The notes: a model not told the origin generated them from the letters alone. A stretch of DNA of 64,000 nucleotides from Vicugna vicugna (GCA_013265495.1 MU058221.1:4280001-4344000), one strand, 5' to 3'. Positions 26,376-39,519 are shown, counted from the stretch's first letter. Program-made: numbers and translations.

Positions 26376-26908
26376 TGCTCATTCTAACAACCTTGCAAAG
26401 TTAGAATTAATTTTCTAATTCTCCCTGAAAGGTAATGAGATTAAAGCATATCCAACATACCCAATACGACAGTTATTAAATGACAGGTGTGATGTACAAA
26501 CTGAAGTCCTTCTTCTCTAATCATGACATCTCTCAAAACAAAAGAGACTGATTGCAAATATTTCTACTGAAATTCACATTTTATGACACACTGTCTCATC
26601 CATTTTTCTTATTGTGGTTATTGTCCTGGACAAACATGCTCATTCTAACAACCTTGCAAAGTTAGAATTTTCTAATTCTCCCTGAAAGGAAATGAGATCA
26701 AAGCATATCCAACGTACCCAATATGACAGTTATTAAATGACAGGTGTGATGTACAAACTAAAGTCTGCCTAATTCCAAAGTCCTTCTTCTCTAATCATGA
26801 CACCTCTCAAAACAAAAAAGACTGATTGCAAATATTTCTACTGAAATTCACATTTTATGAAACACTGTCTCATCCATTTTTCTTATTGTGGTTATTGTCC
26901 TGGACAAA
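26376..26908. repeat. Two-copy tandem duplication (26376-26634 / 26637-26908) over MIR-like sequence
   Basis: Direct alignment by eye: about 8 substitutions plus 4-nt and 17-nt indels. Confidence 0.97.
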
Positions 26909-27199
26909 TTTGGACCTTTTCAGGGTCTCCACCTTCCTCTCTTTGTCACTGTCTAGCTCCCACTGATTACCTTTTTAGCTCAGTCACTGAGTTCATTCCA
27001 AAATTAGCTATACACACAGCCCAGTTTTTACCACTTTTCACTGAGCCAATCCTAAGTTTAACACAAAAATTTTAAAAATATAGTTTGTTTTTAGAAAAAT
27101 TCGATTACTGCCTGGCATAAATGTTAACCATGCTGTTTAACTTTTCAAGCTTACTTAGCTGTTTTTAGGGGTTTGTTTTAATATACACCAAAGACCTAG

Positions 27200-27340
27200 T
27201 GTGTGTCAGTTACGTCAGACTGTCTTACATTTGACTGACAATAGCCCAGTAAAGCATGTGTCATTAACTTCAATTTACAAATAAGGAATTGGAATCTCCA
27301 CAAGATTAAAGTTAACACAATCAAGGTCACGTGGGGATCC
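27200..27340 (-). mobile_element. MIR fragment
   Basis: 'caatttacaaataaggaatt...caaggtcac'. Confidence 0.5.
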
Positions 27341-27959
27341 TCACCTGGGGCCACTATCTAACAACAACCAGCTTAGGTGACTGACTGACTAGCAATCTAC
27401 ATCCCCTTTACCCGTAATTCTCAGAAACCAACCCACCCCTACCCCAGGCTCCATGATGCTCAGGTGCTGCCCCAGAACTCCTGCAGACACACAGGTATCC
27501 TTCCAGAAAGACAAGTCCTGAGCAGATGCACTGTTACTCAATGAACATGGAGGGGAAAGAATGGAGAGTAAATTGGTTCAAGAGATGATAATAGGAAAAA
27601 TAAAAACTATCCAAATAAGAGTAAGTGAGGTATGAGGATTGAGAAGCCATCAAATGGAATAAGAACTATTCAGAAATACGATGGAAAATATTTTTATTTG
27701 AAGTAAAGAAAAAACTGACCCTCCACATTGAAAGAATATGTGTTAAAAAAAAAAACTATTATGGAGTAATTGACACCAGGACCCTTCTTGGTTACACGGT
27801 TTAATTTCAAATGTATAGAAGTATTGCAATACCTGACAAAATTAAAATTAAAATACGACATTACCATGCAAACACTAACATAGAGTTGGTAGGACTAAAG
27901 TGAACACATTCCATCACTGGAGGAGACAAGAACGTAATAAGAATACTTTCAATGTAATG

Positions 27960-28280
27960 TGTTAATTTCCAAGAGAGGCATTAATATGGTGATCACAGTC
28001 ACGAAGGGGCAGCTCCCCAAATCTGAGAGCTTCCAGCAAGGAAAAGGTAACACGAGCTAAGCTTTGGAGAATGGTTAGAATTCTTAAAAAAAAAAAAGGG
28101 GTGGGGAGTGAGAACGGGGAGGGGGGGACAGAGAATATCATTCCAGGCAGATTGAATAGCATGAGTCAAATTATAGGGACTTTTTAAAAGTCTGCAAATT
28201 AAGAAGCAGCTAAAGAAACTGCAGAACAGGTTAACAGAATATAAATATAGGTGGGGTGAACTTCTGGAGGCAAGAACTGA
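27960..28280 (-). mobile_element. L2 fragment
   Basis: 'cattccaggcagattgaatagcatgagtcaaa'. Confidence 0.45.
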
Positions 28281-30354
28281 AGGTGCACGATTAAGGCAAT
28301 CATCTTGCTAAGAGAAAGTGGGGAGACACTTCATGCAAAAAGATGGAGAGAACAGCCAGCCAACAACCATCTCTTGAATCAGTTCAGGGAACCGTCACCT
28401 CTTGCTTCCCCAGCTCTGCTCACCTGGAGTGTCAGAGTGCTCCACCTGGAAGCCCTACCCTGTCCCTCTCGTAAATTAGCCCAGTCAGCCTGCTCCCTGA
28501 GCAGGACCCAGCGGGTCCTTCAGTCCCAGCTCCAGACTGGCAGGGGATGAGCCACGTGCAGTGTGTGCAGGGACCAGGCTCAGGGCATCTGTAGCTCTTG
28601 AATCACAGCCTTCACTTAGCATCCGCTCGGCTGGACTTCTGTCTCCCTTTCTCTGCTTTTGATTCCCCAACATATGGCACAGAAACCTTTCCCTAAGCCC
28701 AGCACATGTTAGCCGAAGTGCTCACACCTTATCTAGCTCTCTCCAGGCTCCTGTCTCAGAGGATCAGGGGAAAGTAGGACTCCCTCTTTCCATTCTAATT
28801 TGCTAATTTTGTCCTTTCTCTGAACAGATCTGTACTGCCATCTGCCCAGGGCTGAGTACCGTCTTTTATCTAAGTACCGCTGTGGCTGAGCCCGGTCCCC
28901 ACGCCGGAACTCCCTGGATATTCACACCTGCCCAGATCAGGGAGGCTGCTGCACTTTCTGACTGATTCTATCGCAGAGTCAGAGCCCTTGAGGTCCAAGT
29001 TTCTTCCTCCTCCTCATTGCAAGTGTGCTCTGCAGCCAAGCCCAGCACCTCATCACATGCGCTGAAAGGAAAAGCTCCAACTGGAAAAGCATCGTTTCAA
29101 AGAAAGTCATCGAGTTCAGCTTTCAAATCTGGGTCGATGCATAAAATCAGGGTGAGAAAAAAACCTCTATAGAATAGTCAGGTGTTAGATGCAAAATTAC
29201 ATGTATCTTAAAATTGCTAACACAGTATCCTTTATTAAGAGATTGACATTGGTATCTTCGTGGTGTCCTGTCTTGATTTCTTTTTTTATCACACAGTTCT
29301 CACTTCTGCCTTTTAGGTACGTGTTGTCATCCAGTCTGAATGATGACCAGTTTCTCCTCCTGAGATTCAAGTTGACAAAGCTTCACTTCTGGTTTTATTC
29401 ACAGGTTTATGTTTTTTGATTCTGTAGAGGGTTGTATGTATTCATGCATTCTTGACAGCTGGTCTCAGCTGTTAAGGAAGGAGCTATAGGTTTTAGAAAC
29501 ATACTTTGATCACCTTCTTGAGAACAGAAAATGAGAAGCTGAGGATTTGGGCTCTAGGATCTAAGACACAAACATAAGAGGTAAACCACTCTGTATGGAA
29601 AAGAACGTGAACTTGAGGGGGGGTGGGGGATAAAAAGACGAAGGAAGGAAGGGCAGGGGAGCAACACTGAGGAAGCTGTAGCTTGAGCTACGGGACAGAC
29701 GGGCACTTTTAGGAATAAACTTCTAGTTGTTTGCCTTACTGTTATGTTAGTCTCTCCGTTTCCTCTAAACCTTTAGTGAAGTTTTCCATACACACCAAGT
29801 GTCCTGTGAATGCTGCTCTTCTGATCGTTGCTTTTGTTCAGTTTAAAGGAAACTAAGGAAAAGAGATGAATTCCATACCCTGAACAATGGGAAACAAAAC
29901 AGGAGCTAGCCTGAGTTAATTTGGTTCACCAACTCGAGATGACTGAGAGAAAATAAGCCTCCTGCCCCTCCATTCTATACCCCTAAACTCTTGCAAACTT
30001 ACAAACATGCAAAGCTTTACAGCAGGCTTTTAATAAGACCACTTTTCATAAGGTTGCGAATTCCTAAAGAAAGGAAAAATAGAGGCACCTATAAATCCAA
30101 ACTGTATTTGTCATCAATTGTCATTTAATTCTATTCATTAACGTATAAATAAAGCTGAGAATGTTTAAGAAAGAAAAGAAAAGTATTTCCAAGGATAACA
30201 AGGAACCAGCTCCATGACTAGGGTCTCAGGAAAGGCAAGGTGTGGAATCCGGACACCAGGGGCTTTTAGTTAGGAATCAGAAAAACCAGGGGATGGCAAA
30301 TATATTTGGAAATGAAAAAGGAGAGAGGAGGAGACCTGTGTCTGTGTATAATGC

Positions 30355-30863
30355 TGTAACCAGGAAGAACAAATCTGACTCCATATTACACTTCTTTAGC
30401 TCCAACCCCATGTTCTGCTTTCCGTGCTGAGTCATGCTGGCTCTGCACCTTTTGTAAAAGAATGTTACCCATTGCCTGAAATATACAGGGTAGCCCATTC
30501 TCAAGGCTCTGACCTTTAGGGATATAACCCTTTCCCATTCATATAGAGATAAAAAGTTGCAGAACAGAGAATAACATGCATCTTGTTGGAGGATTACACG
30601 GACATCGTGATCTGACCTACATGCACAGCTGCAAGAACAAAGGATTCCAACACCAAGAAGTTTGCAACAACCACCACACTCCCTCCCCTTTCTAGTATAA
30701 AAGCAGCCTGAATTCTGACTTGGGAAAGATGGTTCTCTAGAACATTAGTGTCCCATCTTCTTGGTCTTCTGGCTTTTCAAATAAGGTTCCTTGCCCCAAC
30801 ACCTTGTCTCTCGATTTATTGGCCTGTCGTGCAGGGAGCAGAATGAATTTGGACTCGGTAATG
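30355..30863 (+). mobile_element. ERV1-class solo LTR, family A copy 3
   Basis: Starts TGTAAC, TATAAAAG at about 30696, near-TSD atgc/atgt; reverse complement of copies 1 and 2. Confidence 0.92.
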
Positions 30864-31574
30864 ATGTGACCTGGGAGTGGAACTTGGGAATTGCCTGGGG
30901 GCTATCTTGTGTCTCTGAGGATCACAACAAGTGGACAGCAGCATGTCACTCTGACACGGGCGTGAGTCCTGCCAGAAAAAGTCTGCCTTCCAGATGGTCC
31001 TACTGACTTCCAAGTCTGGTCTCTCTTAGTGTTTAAGACATGTGAATTGATGAAATAGACTCCTCCTTCCTCCAAAAAATAAAACTGGTAGCCTGATTCA
31101 AACTCCTGCTAATTACTCAGAGGCTTTGTGTGTGTGTTTCTGACAGTGTAAAGATTGAAGGGTCTCCAAGGAATCCCAACTATTTTCACTTAGTGGCCTC
31201 CTCTGAGTGGGGCAGCAGACAACTGGAGCCGACGGTACTTCCTGTCCTTTATTTCCTGCCCGGTTCTCTTGGGCTTGTTTCCCTGGGACTCCAATCAGAA
31301 CTCATGCAAGGGCCTCAAACTGTGTGTCTGCAGGGAGGGTTCAGAAGGGAAGGATATTTTAAAATAGCCAATCCTGGCTGTGGTCAGCGCTATCCAAGGA
31401 CGATTCCTAGAGCTGACGTTTTTTGCTCTTTTAAAGTACAGTTTCTCTGTGCTCCTCCCACACACTCTGCTTTAGAATACAGGGGAGGGGCCGGGAACCT
31501 GGATCTATAAAAGCTCCCTGTATGATTCTGAATATATCCAGATTTGGGAATCATATCTTAGAACATTCTTAGCC

Positions 31575-31730
31575 ATTTATATCTTGTAATAACCTTTAAT
31601 GAAAAAGAAGATGAAAACAAATATACATATATATATATTGCATGACTGGGACGTTGTGCTGTACACCAGAAATTGACACATCGTAACTGGCTATACGTCA
31701 ATAAAAAAATTAATAAAAAATTAAAAAACA
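31575..31730 (+). mobile_element. Camelid-type L1 3' end
   Basis: 'atcttgtaataacctttaatgaaaaagaa...gctgtacaccagaaattgacaca...ctatacgtcaataaaaaaa'. Confidence 0.88.
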
Positions 31731-32109
31731 ATAACCTGCCTAGGAAAGAGTCCCAAGAAATAACCCAAGTCTCAGTGGTGATCTTGTAATGTCAAGGCTC
31801 ACATAGAAGGAGCGTTGTCTCATCTCTGCCCTGATCCAATCCAAAGAAACGTTTCCATAATAACCACTGGGTTTTTCAGGAGGACTTGCAATAAATACAC
31901 ACTTTAACTGTTCAATGAATGTATAAGGTTCATTTTATGATGCAGGTATAGTCATTTTTAAATGACCTACTTTTGGTCCTAGTAAAAGCTCAGGAGGTCA
32001 AATACTGAGTTACTCTTTCAATCATGACCCAATGCTCAGAGAGAACAGAAGAGAAGGAGGCACACATAAAATATATTCTTGTCTAGAAGTGCGAGAGATT
32101 CGAGTCTGT

Positions 32110-32465
32110 GCTGGTTAGGATATGCTAATTAATGCTGCAGGAACAACTCTTAAAGTTGAAATGGATTAAAGCTGAAAGCACTTGTGTCTTGCTTTGACCA
32201 TCATGGGTCAGTGAGGACTAAGTTGTTCACAGTCACTCAGAGACCCAGGCTAAGTGAGTAGCCACCAACTTGAACATTGCCAGCTTTTTACCTGAGATGG
32301 AGAAATTCTGGAGAATCTCACAATTACCTTGCACTCCCAACTAATGGGCTAAACCAGTTGCATGACCCTACTGAGCCACAAGGGAATCAGGAAATGCAAT
32401 CCTATTCATTTCTTAGAAGGGGAGAGAACCAGAAATATTTGACAAATGGTACCAAAGATAACCAG
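32110..32465 (-). mobile_element. Old MLT1-like fragment
   Basis: 'ggttaggatatgcta...tcactcagagacccaggct...aagggaatcaggaaatgcaatcct'. Confidence 0.5.
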
Positions 32466-32519
32466 AGTTATTTTTCACAGAGTTAAAGTAATCTGTGCTT
32501 TAAACCCTGCCTCTTGAGT

Positions 32520-32680
32520 CACAGCAGCGAGAACCAAGTATGCCCCTACAAGTTTCTTAATCCTCTGAGTCTGAATGGCCTCAACTATTAAATGAGGATA
32601 ATTAAACACCAGCTTCCCAGGATTGTTGTAAGATTTAAAAAGGTAAAAGATGAAAAGCATTTTTCACACAGCACACTGAA
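32520..32680 (+). mobile_element. MIR fragment
   Basis: 'aagtttcttaatcctctgagtct...aaatgaggataatt...caggattgttgtaagatttaaa'. Confidence 0.65.
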
Positions 32681-34189
32681 TGTTTGTAGGTTTGCAGACA
32701 TTGCTGTTATCAAACAGGAGAAACCCATCTTGCTGAGCAAGAAGTGAGTCTTGCCAAGCAGACACTATGGTGGTCCTGCATAGCAGAAACTAGCTGGACG
32801 TGGAGAGGGATATTTTGTCAGAGGAGGGAAATGAGATACCTACGTGGGTTGTTATGGGGATGTCTCATGACACCTTCCCACAGGGATCTCCAGGACATGA
32901 AAAATAAAACTATATTTTGGATGAACTCAAAGCAAGGGGATGGTCACTTAATTCCCCTTGCAGATGCTAAAACTGTCCTACCCACACAAGGGTTTCCATG
33001 TTAGGATTCCATGGTTCTAAGTTCTTCATCTTTGCCTTTTCATTTACGCTCCCTCCTTCTAGAACAAACCCCTCAGTGGTTTTCTCCCACTGAGCCCCCG
33101 CAGCCATTGCCTCAGTGAGACAGTGGCTGAACATCCTCACTTTATGGGTTTCGCCTGGATTCACAGTTGTCTCTGTTCACTCTTTCGAGGAAGGAATGCC
33201 CCTTCCCATCTCTAGATCTCCACTCCTATGCTGAGCCAGGCTCGAAGCAGGTTCCCAGGTGTCTGAACAAAGGAATGAATAAAAGCGGTTGATTATTTTA
33301 CTTAAAACTTCTTTTTGCTCTTTGAGGCTCCGAAAAGACAAAAACCATCCATCAAACAAACCCTTAGAGTGAGAGAAATTAAGACACAAAAGAATATGAT
33401 TGACATCTAACAGAAAAGAGCTGCTTCTCAGCTGTCACTTGAGTTTATGGATCATCTAAACCACGTCTCTATTCTTCAGTCTGTGTTCAAACCAAATACA
33501 TCCCCTCTAGCATCTTGGAGTTGCTTATCTAGGTCATCAGAACAAAGGGATCACAAAAACTTGATTAACTTCTTGAACTGAACTTACAATACCCCCACAT
33601 GGACTGCTGATGTATGACTTGGATTTCTTTTTCTGAAACTGAAGCCCTCCAGGTAAAATAGAATTGAAATCATGCTGTTATGACCATCAGTCCCCTGGTC
33701 TCAGAGAAGTCACTTAAAAATGAGCACTGGACAGCAGCCTGCAAAAAAAGGCACTAGGGAAAGGACAAACAATATGAATCAAAGGCAAAACAGATGGCCA
33801 GAGCAGCTGTGGCGTGACAGCCACGCTCGGAACATAGTGTCCCTCTTCCCTACGTAGGCTGTCAGCTTATGCGACTCTGGCAAAAGCTGCAGATCAAAGT
33901 CCACTCCATCTCTCAGAAGGTGGTGCACATTAGCTGCCCTTAAAAGTTTTCTCCTTGAAACAGCTCACTTCCCTAACTGCTCTGGCTGCACTTGGGGGGT
34001 GTGGAGGCAAACTCCAACCGCTCTTCCCACCCTTCCTTCTGCAATAAATTGGATACTACTAATTGGATATTGCTAAACGTCTGCACACCTGACTTTACAT
34101 GGGATTCAGTAATTGGTTTCTCTGGTGAGAATTTTTTAATTACATTTGTTGGTTCTTTTTTTCATGTTATAAAGGAAATAAGCTGTTCT

Positions 34190-34690
34190 GTAAAAAAAAT
34201 TGGAATATTTCAGTAAGTATAAAGAATTTAAGTTCAAAGATAAACATTGCTAATAATTTGATTGACTTCTCTCTTTTTTTTCCTATGATTGCACGTGCAG
34301 AGTCTTGTAAATACTTCAGCCTTAAGCAGCCACATAAATACATCTTTGATTACGTCTTCCGTTATTTCTCCAAATTAAAGTCGCAGAATTGTTGGATCCA
34401 AGGATATGAACATATTTGAGACTTCCAATCTACATTAACAAATTGTCCTCTAGCATATTTGTAAAAGAGATATAATCTAAAAGTATATTAAGATATATTC
34501 AGATCACTGCTCCCTTAATAGCTTTGAATAGGATGTGTATGTTATCTTTATCAATTTGAAAGGCAACTAATAAAATACCATCCTTTTAATTTCCTTATAA
34601 TTGCTAATTTTGGACTATTATTTTATTATGCTACTTATCCTGTTTAGTCTTTCCTTAAAATTACATGTTCATGTGTCTTTATCTCCAAAT
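34190..34690 (-). mobile_element. Very old L1ME-like fragment
   Basis: 'gtcgcagaattgttggatccaaggatatgaacat...aaattgtcctcta'. Confidence 0.55.
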
Positions 34691-36209
34691 GAGTTATAAA
34701 AGTCCTAAGATCAGGGGCTAAGCTATTCTTTCATATTTATCATAGTCTCTGGCACAATGCCATTAGTACTGCGTGAATTAAATAAATTTTGTAGACATAG
34801 CTGATCTTAAGTGATCAACAGCAAAGCCAAAGCAGGACTTTCTGAATGTCTCCAACATATTGGACTATGCTTCTGTGTGTGTACATATGTGTGTATGTAC
34901 ACACACTTCTGTGGACATATAAAAATTTCTGACAAAGGTCCTTTATTTTTCAACTTCAAAATGAGCAGAGTAATTACAATAGCAGTTATAATATAGAATA
35001 ACTGTGAAAGCAGACTAGATAGCTGAGTGTAAAAATGATCAGGAAAAATTCACAATTTCATATGAATGTAATTATTCTATGTTTAAAATAGTGTTAATGA
35101 TTGACAGTATTCATTAATGAAAGGCTTTATGAAGATATCATTTCTAAGTTCAAGTTTCTTCATCTGTCACCTATTATACTTCTTCAACCCTTACACTCTA
35201 CAATATTTTCCCCAGTCTAACAATGAACTTCGTGAAAGGAGAAAATTGCAACTGCTGTTATGTGTATGTGTCTTATTATTAGTCATTCTATTTAAAAAAC
35301 TAATGCAATTTCCAATAATAAATTAAGTATAATGGAAGCAGAGTAAGAAGTGAAGCCCAAAGGAAAATATAATTTGAAAAATGAAATAAAGCCAAGGATG
35401 TTCACATGTAACATGCACCAGAAAAACGTACACAATTGTTAAAACTGGGTTACGTGGAGCTTGAACTTGAATTAAGAGCTTTGTAGTAGACAACAGTGAA
35501 AAGACGAAACTTGCTTAGTCACAAAACACAAAATCCCCCAAAACAGAAGTTTCTCTGGAAAAATAGTTGGTTTTGCCTCCTCCACCAACTCCCACATAGA
35601 CAGCAGCACTGAAGTCTTAAGAGAAATTTTTACCCAGAGAAACCTGCAAATGTGAAGTTGTATGTGAAGTTATAGACAATATCCTTAACGCCCGATTTAC
35701 CTTAAACTAGCAATGTTTATGAGGCTACTCGATTCAGCCTGAGAAAATAGGGCCAAGGAACAATTTCATAAATACAATTCTATTAGGAGCTAAAGAATGC
35801 AGATCAAGTAGCCAGTTTTCCAACAAACCGGTTTCGTCTTGGAGTAAAATTCAGATGCTCTAAACTCGTTCTAGGCACTTTTCAAAACCCACTGGGCTTT
35901 TATTCCTCAAGGTCCAATTTAGTATATCCGATGAGTACCGAAATCTGTGGGTTTTTTTAAAAGCTCTTGGAAGAAGCCTGAGGCACATGTCTGGCCAAGA
36001 GGCACAGCCTTAAAATGAATCGATTGCCTAACCTTAAGAAATCCTTGAATATTATCATACAACGTTAAAATTCCTATTACCTATATTAGTCCAACATCTT
36101 CAACTAACACCAGTATCCTTACAAGGGAGTTCCGTGGGGACATAAGGACAGATAAATATGGAGAGAGAACGTCAAAATAAATAAGGTGATCGAATAAACA
36201 GAAAAATAT

Positions 36210-36790
36210 TGTGATGGAAGAAATGTATCTGTTGGGACTTCTGTTATGCTACCCAGTGTTGTGTGTGATGAAAGGAGGTCGGGAGATCCAGATACTCAAA
36301 TGAGAGTAGGGCTCACGTAAAGGTACCGAGACTGGGTCCTGGAGGAGAAGTCAGCAACAGAAGATGATATAAACCGACACACAGTAATAGACACAAAATA
36401 CGATATAAAAATAACATACACCAGAAGAATGATGCACTTTGAGCAGGAGCCTCATCCACGGGACAGCAGAAGATCTGCCCCCCAAAAAACTGGCTATCCA
36501 AAAATGGTGTTTCACTGACCCTCAGAATCTTTCCCGGAAGACAGGACAGAAACTCCAGATGACTTCCAGATCCAGCACTGTTTTTAACCTTCCATTCTGG
36601 ATTCATCTCATCCGCTCTCAACCTCAAGTCCTGCTCACAGAGACTGCTGGGCCTCATCCTACCTCTGGGGTCATTTAAAGCTCAGCTGACCTGGGGCCGT
36701 GACAATGTACAGACTTCGCTCTTTATCCCAGGACCTCTCAGACTACCTTTTCCCCTCTTTCTGTTACCCAGTCTTCCTTCAGTCATCACA
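36210..36790. mobile_element. Possible ancient LTR (family unassigned)
   Basis: Inverted termini TGTGATG...CATCACA spanning 581 bp; no TSD. Confidence 0.35.
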
Positions 36791-37987
36791 AGCCTAAAAG
36801 GATGAGCAGAACACCAGCAGTAGGAGGAATGAAAAGATTAGAGATCCGTGGAGGTGCTACGTGACCTCCACGTAGGAAAAGTCCTTTTTTTCCCTCTGTG
36901 TATCCTTTTTCCAATGATCTACAAATCACTAGTTCTGGTAGCCTAAGGTAATACTGAGAGAAAAGTTTTGTGTGTGTAATTAAACTTTACTTGCTAATGA
37001 GCTAACTTTTAAGTTTCTGTGAGGTCAGACAAGCCATGAAATTTCTGGCTTGGCATATATTTCCCAACAATTTAATAGGCCAAGACTAGATAAAGTTTGT
37101 AGCTATCTTCATTTCTAACCCGATTTTATTTTCCAAACCATTAACAAACACCATCTCATCAATTCCAAAAATAATTCCTCTCTCTCCATCTTTTCCACCC
37201 ATGAAGAACTGCAATCTATATTTTCATCTCTTTAATTACACATGCAGATGTTGAGAATAACAACATTGGTGATAAATACATGGTGAACTCTATCCTCTGG
37301 CAAGTAATAATATTTCTCTTCAAATTATGCTAAATAAAGAGGAAGCTAAATGTGTACAGAGAGTGTATCAAAATAATGGAGTGCTTTCAAATACCCATTT
37401 CTTATTTGTGTGTGATGATTTAACAGAAAAAAAATTCTGGCTCCAGACTCCAAGATATTCGTAAAAGATGCATATTTACAAATGAAACAGTAACAGCTCG
37501 TGGAGGGGCTGGGATAGGTATATGGTTGAACTTGAACTTCCACATGTCATGGGGTCTCAAGTGTCTAGGTTCAAGCGGGAACCAGACTATGAATCGTGGT
37601 TTCTTATTTCCTTTCTCACCTTCACTGGGCGCCAAGGACTTACATCCCATCCCTGGGGAGACCAAGGTCTCCTTATCCTTGTTAATGAGGTATCTGGGTC
37701 CTCCTCCTCCTCTTCAGCTGTTACCTTTCTTGTAACTTCTGACTTGAGTTACTTTCACTCTATCCCTAAACCTCCTTGTAAAATCTGTTCTTGATTAAAA
37801 ACAACAAAAATAAAACAATAAACTTCATTTCAGAGGGGCTTCAAATATATTCATCAATTCTTTCAAATTATGCAAACAAGTATCAAGGCCTCCTGCCAGG
37901 ATCTTTTGCATTTTAATGATGGCCAATGCCCCTGTCCAGCTAGAAACCACAGAAAAGCAGTCGAGTGTCCATATATCAGGAAGAAGA

Positions 37988-38577
37988 GGAATTTTGACAA
38001 CAGAGAGGTCCTCTCAAAACCTCAGAAATAGCATCACAGCAGTAGGCGTATTTCCCCTCCATCAGAAGGTAAGCCTTGGGCATAAGGAACATTCTGTGCA
38101 AAGGACAAACAGATGAAATGTTTTCCAAAAGCATCTCACAACTGCAAGTTACAGCTTTTACATCATTGTCGGCCATTGTGAAGTGTTCTCTCTCTCTCTC
38201 TATCTAAATGCCTCTTAATAAGCCATTACCGGCCTATCCTGGGTTCAGCTGTCCTTTCCAATAGGCCATCTGTTAAAGGGAATTTTGACAACAGAGAGGT
38301 CCTCTCAAAACCTCAGAAACAGCATCACAGCAGCAGGCGTATTTCCCCTCCATCAGAAGGTAAGCCTTGGGCATAAGGAACATTCTGTGCAAAGGACAAA
38401 CAGATGAAATGTTTTCCAAAAGCATCTCACAACTGCAAGTTACAGCTTTTACATCATTGTCGGCCATTGTGAAGTGTTCGCTCTCTCTCTCTCTCTCTCT
38501 CTATCTAAATGCCTCTTAATAAGCCATTACTGGCCTATCCTGGGTTCAGCTGTCCTTTCCAATAGGCCATCTGTTAA
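37988..38577. repeat. Two-copy tandem duplication, period 291 (37988-38276 / 38279-38577)
   Basis: About 4 substitutions plus a (CT)n length difference; produces the two near-identical MADNDVK... ORFs. Confidence 0.98.
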
Positions 38578-39299
38578 GAAGGCGGTGGAGGAACCGTGGA
38601 TTTGCAGACTGAGTTCAAACGCTGGCTTTGCCTCAGACAAGCCAAGTGACCCTGGACCACTTGGTTTTCTGGTGGCTCTTCTTCTTTGCAGAACAGCCAG
38701 ACAAGTGGCTTGTGAGGATTGCCACTGGAGGGAGAGGCTGGTGACTGAAACATCTTTAAGGGATCCAGTAAATTAACAGAGGATGATTGAAGAGAAGGGT
38801 CCACCGGGAAAAGAGATGAATGCAAAGGGGAGGCAGCCTCAGTGCATCTCTGTGCGCAAGGAGAGAGGGTGGAAGATTGATGCAAGGGAAGCAACTGTCT
38901 TCGTAGGAACATGATAAAATGATTCAGTTCGTTGAAATGTATTATGCTCCAAGAGCTTCAGACATTATGCTGGGTATTGCATTCAAATGAGGAAAAATAT
39001 ATATATAACTAATTAATTGTGATGAACACAAAATGATAAATGATGCAGTTGGAGTATAAACACAAGGTCACAGGAGGACGGGGAGGGAAGCATTTATTTT
39101 GCTGGAAGATAGTTCTGGGTGTTGAGAAATCTCAGAAAGGATCCATGAAGGAGGTGGCATGTGATAGAACTTGAGCAGAATTTGGTACATGAAGAAGGCA
39201 TGAAAGGCAATGACAAGGCATTCCATGAAGAAAAAATGTAGACGCTACAGACAGAGGAGGCAGGGCTATGTGACTCAGAGTCTTACAGGTGGCGTAAGC

Positions 39300-39519
39300 C
39301 AGTGGTTCCCAACCAGGGATGACTATGCCCCTCAGGGAACATCTGCTAATGTCTAGAGACATTGTTGTTGTCACCACTGGGTGGAGGGGAGGAGTGAGAC
39401 CAAGGATGTAAGGCATCTTAGTGAGTAGAGGGCAAGGATGCTGTTAAACTTCTCACGGTGCACAAGGCAGTCCCCCACAACAAAGAATTATCCAGACCAA
39501 AATGTCAATAGTATGAGGT
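39300..39519. mobile_element. MER20 hAT-Charlie element
   Basis: 'cagtggttcccaaccaggg...cccccacaacaaagaattatccagaccaaaatgtcaatagt'. Confidence 0.88.

Noticed and set aside
35600..36700. Non-retroviral endogenous viral element or processed pseudogene
   Set aside because: The frames I translated show no recognisable viral or cellular motif, and there is no poly(A)/TSD. A tBLASTx search is needed to exclude it fully.
37976..38467. Pair of paralogous small genes (MADNDVK...)
   Set aside because: By-product of the 291-bp DNA duplication; no recognisable protein or gene structure.
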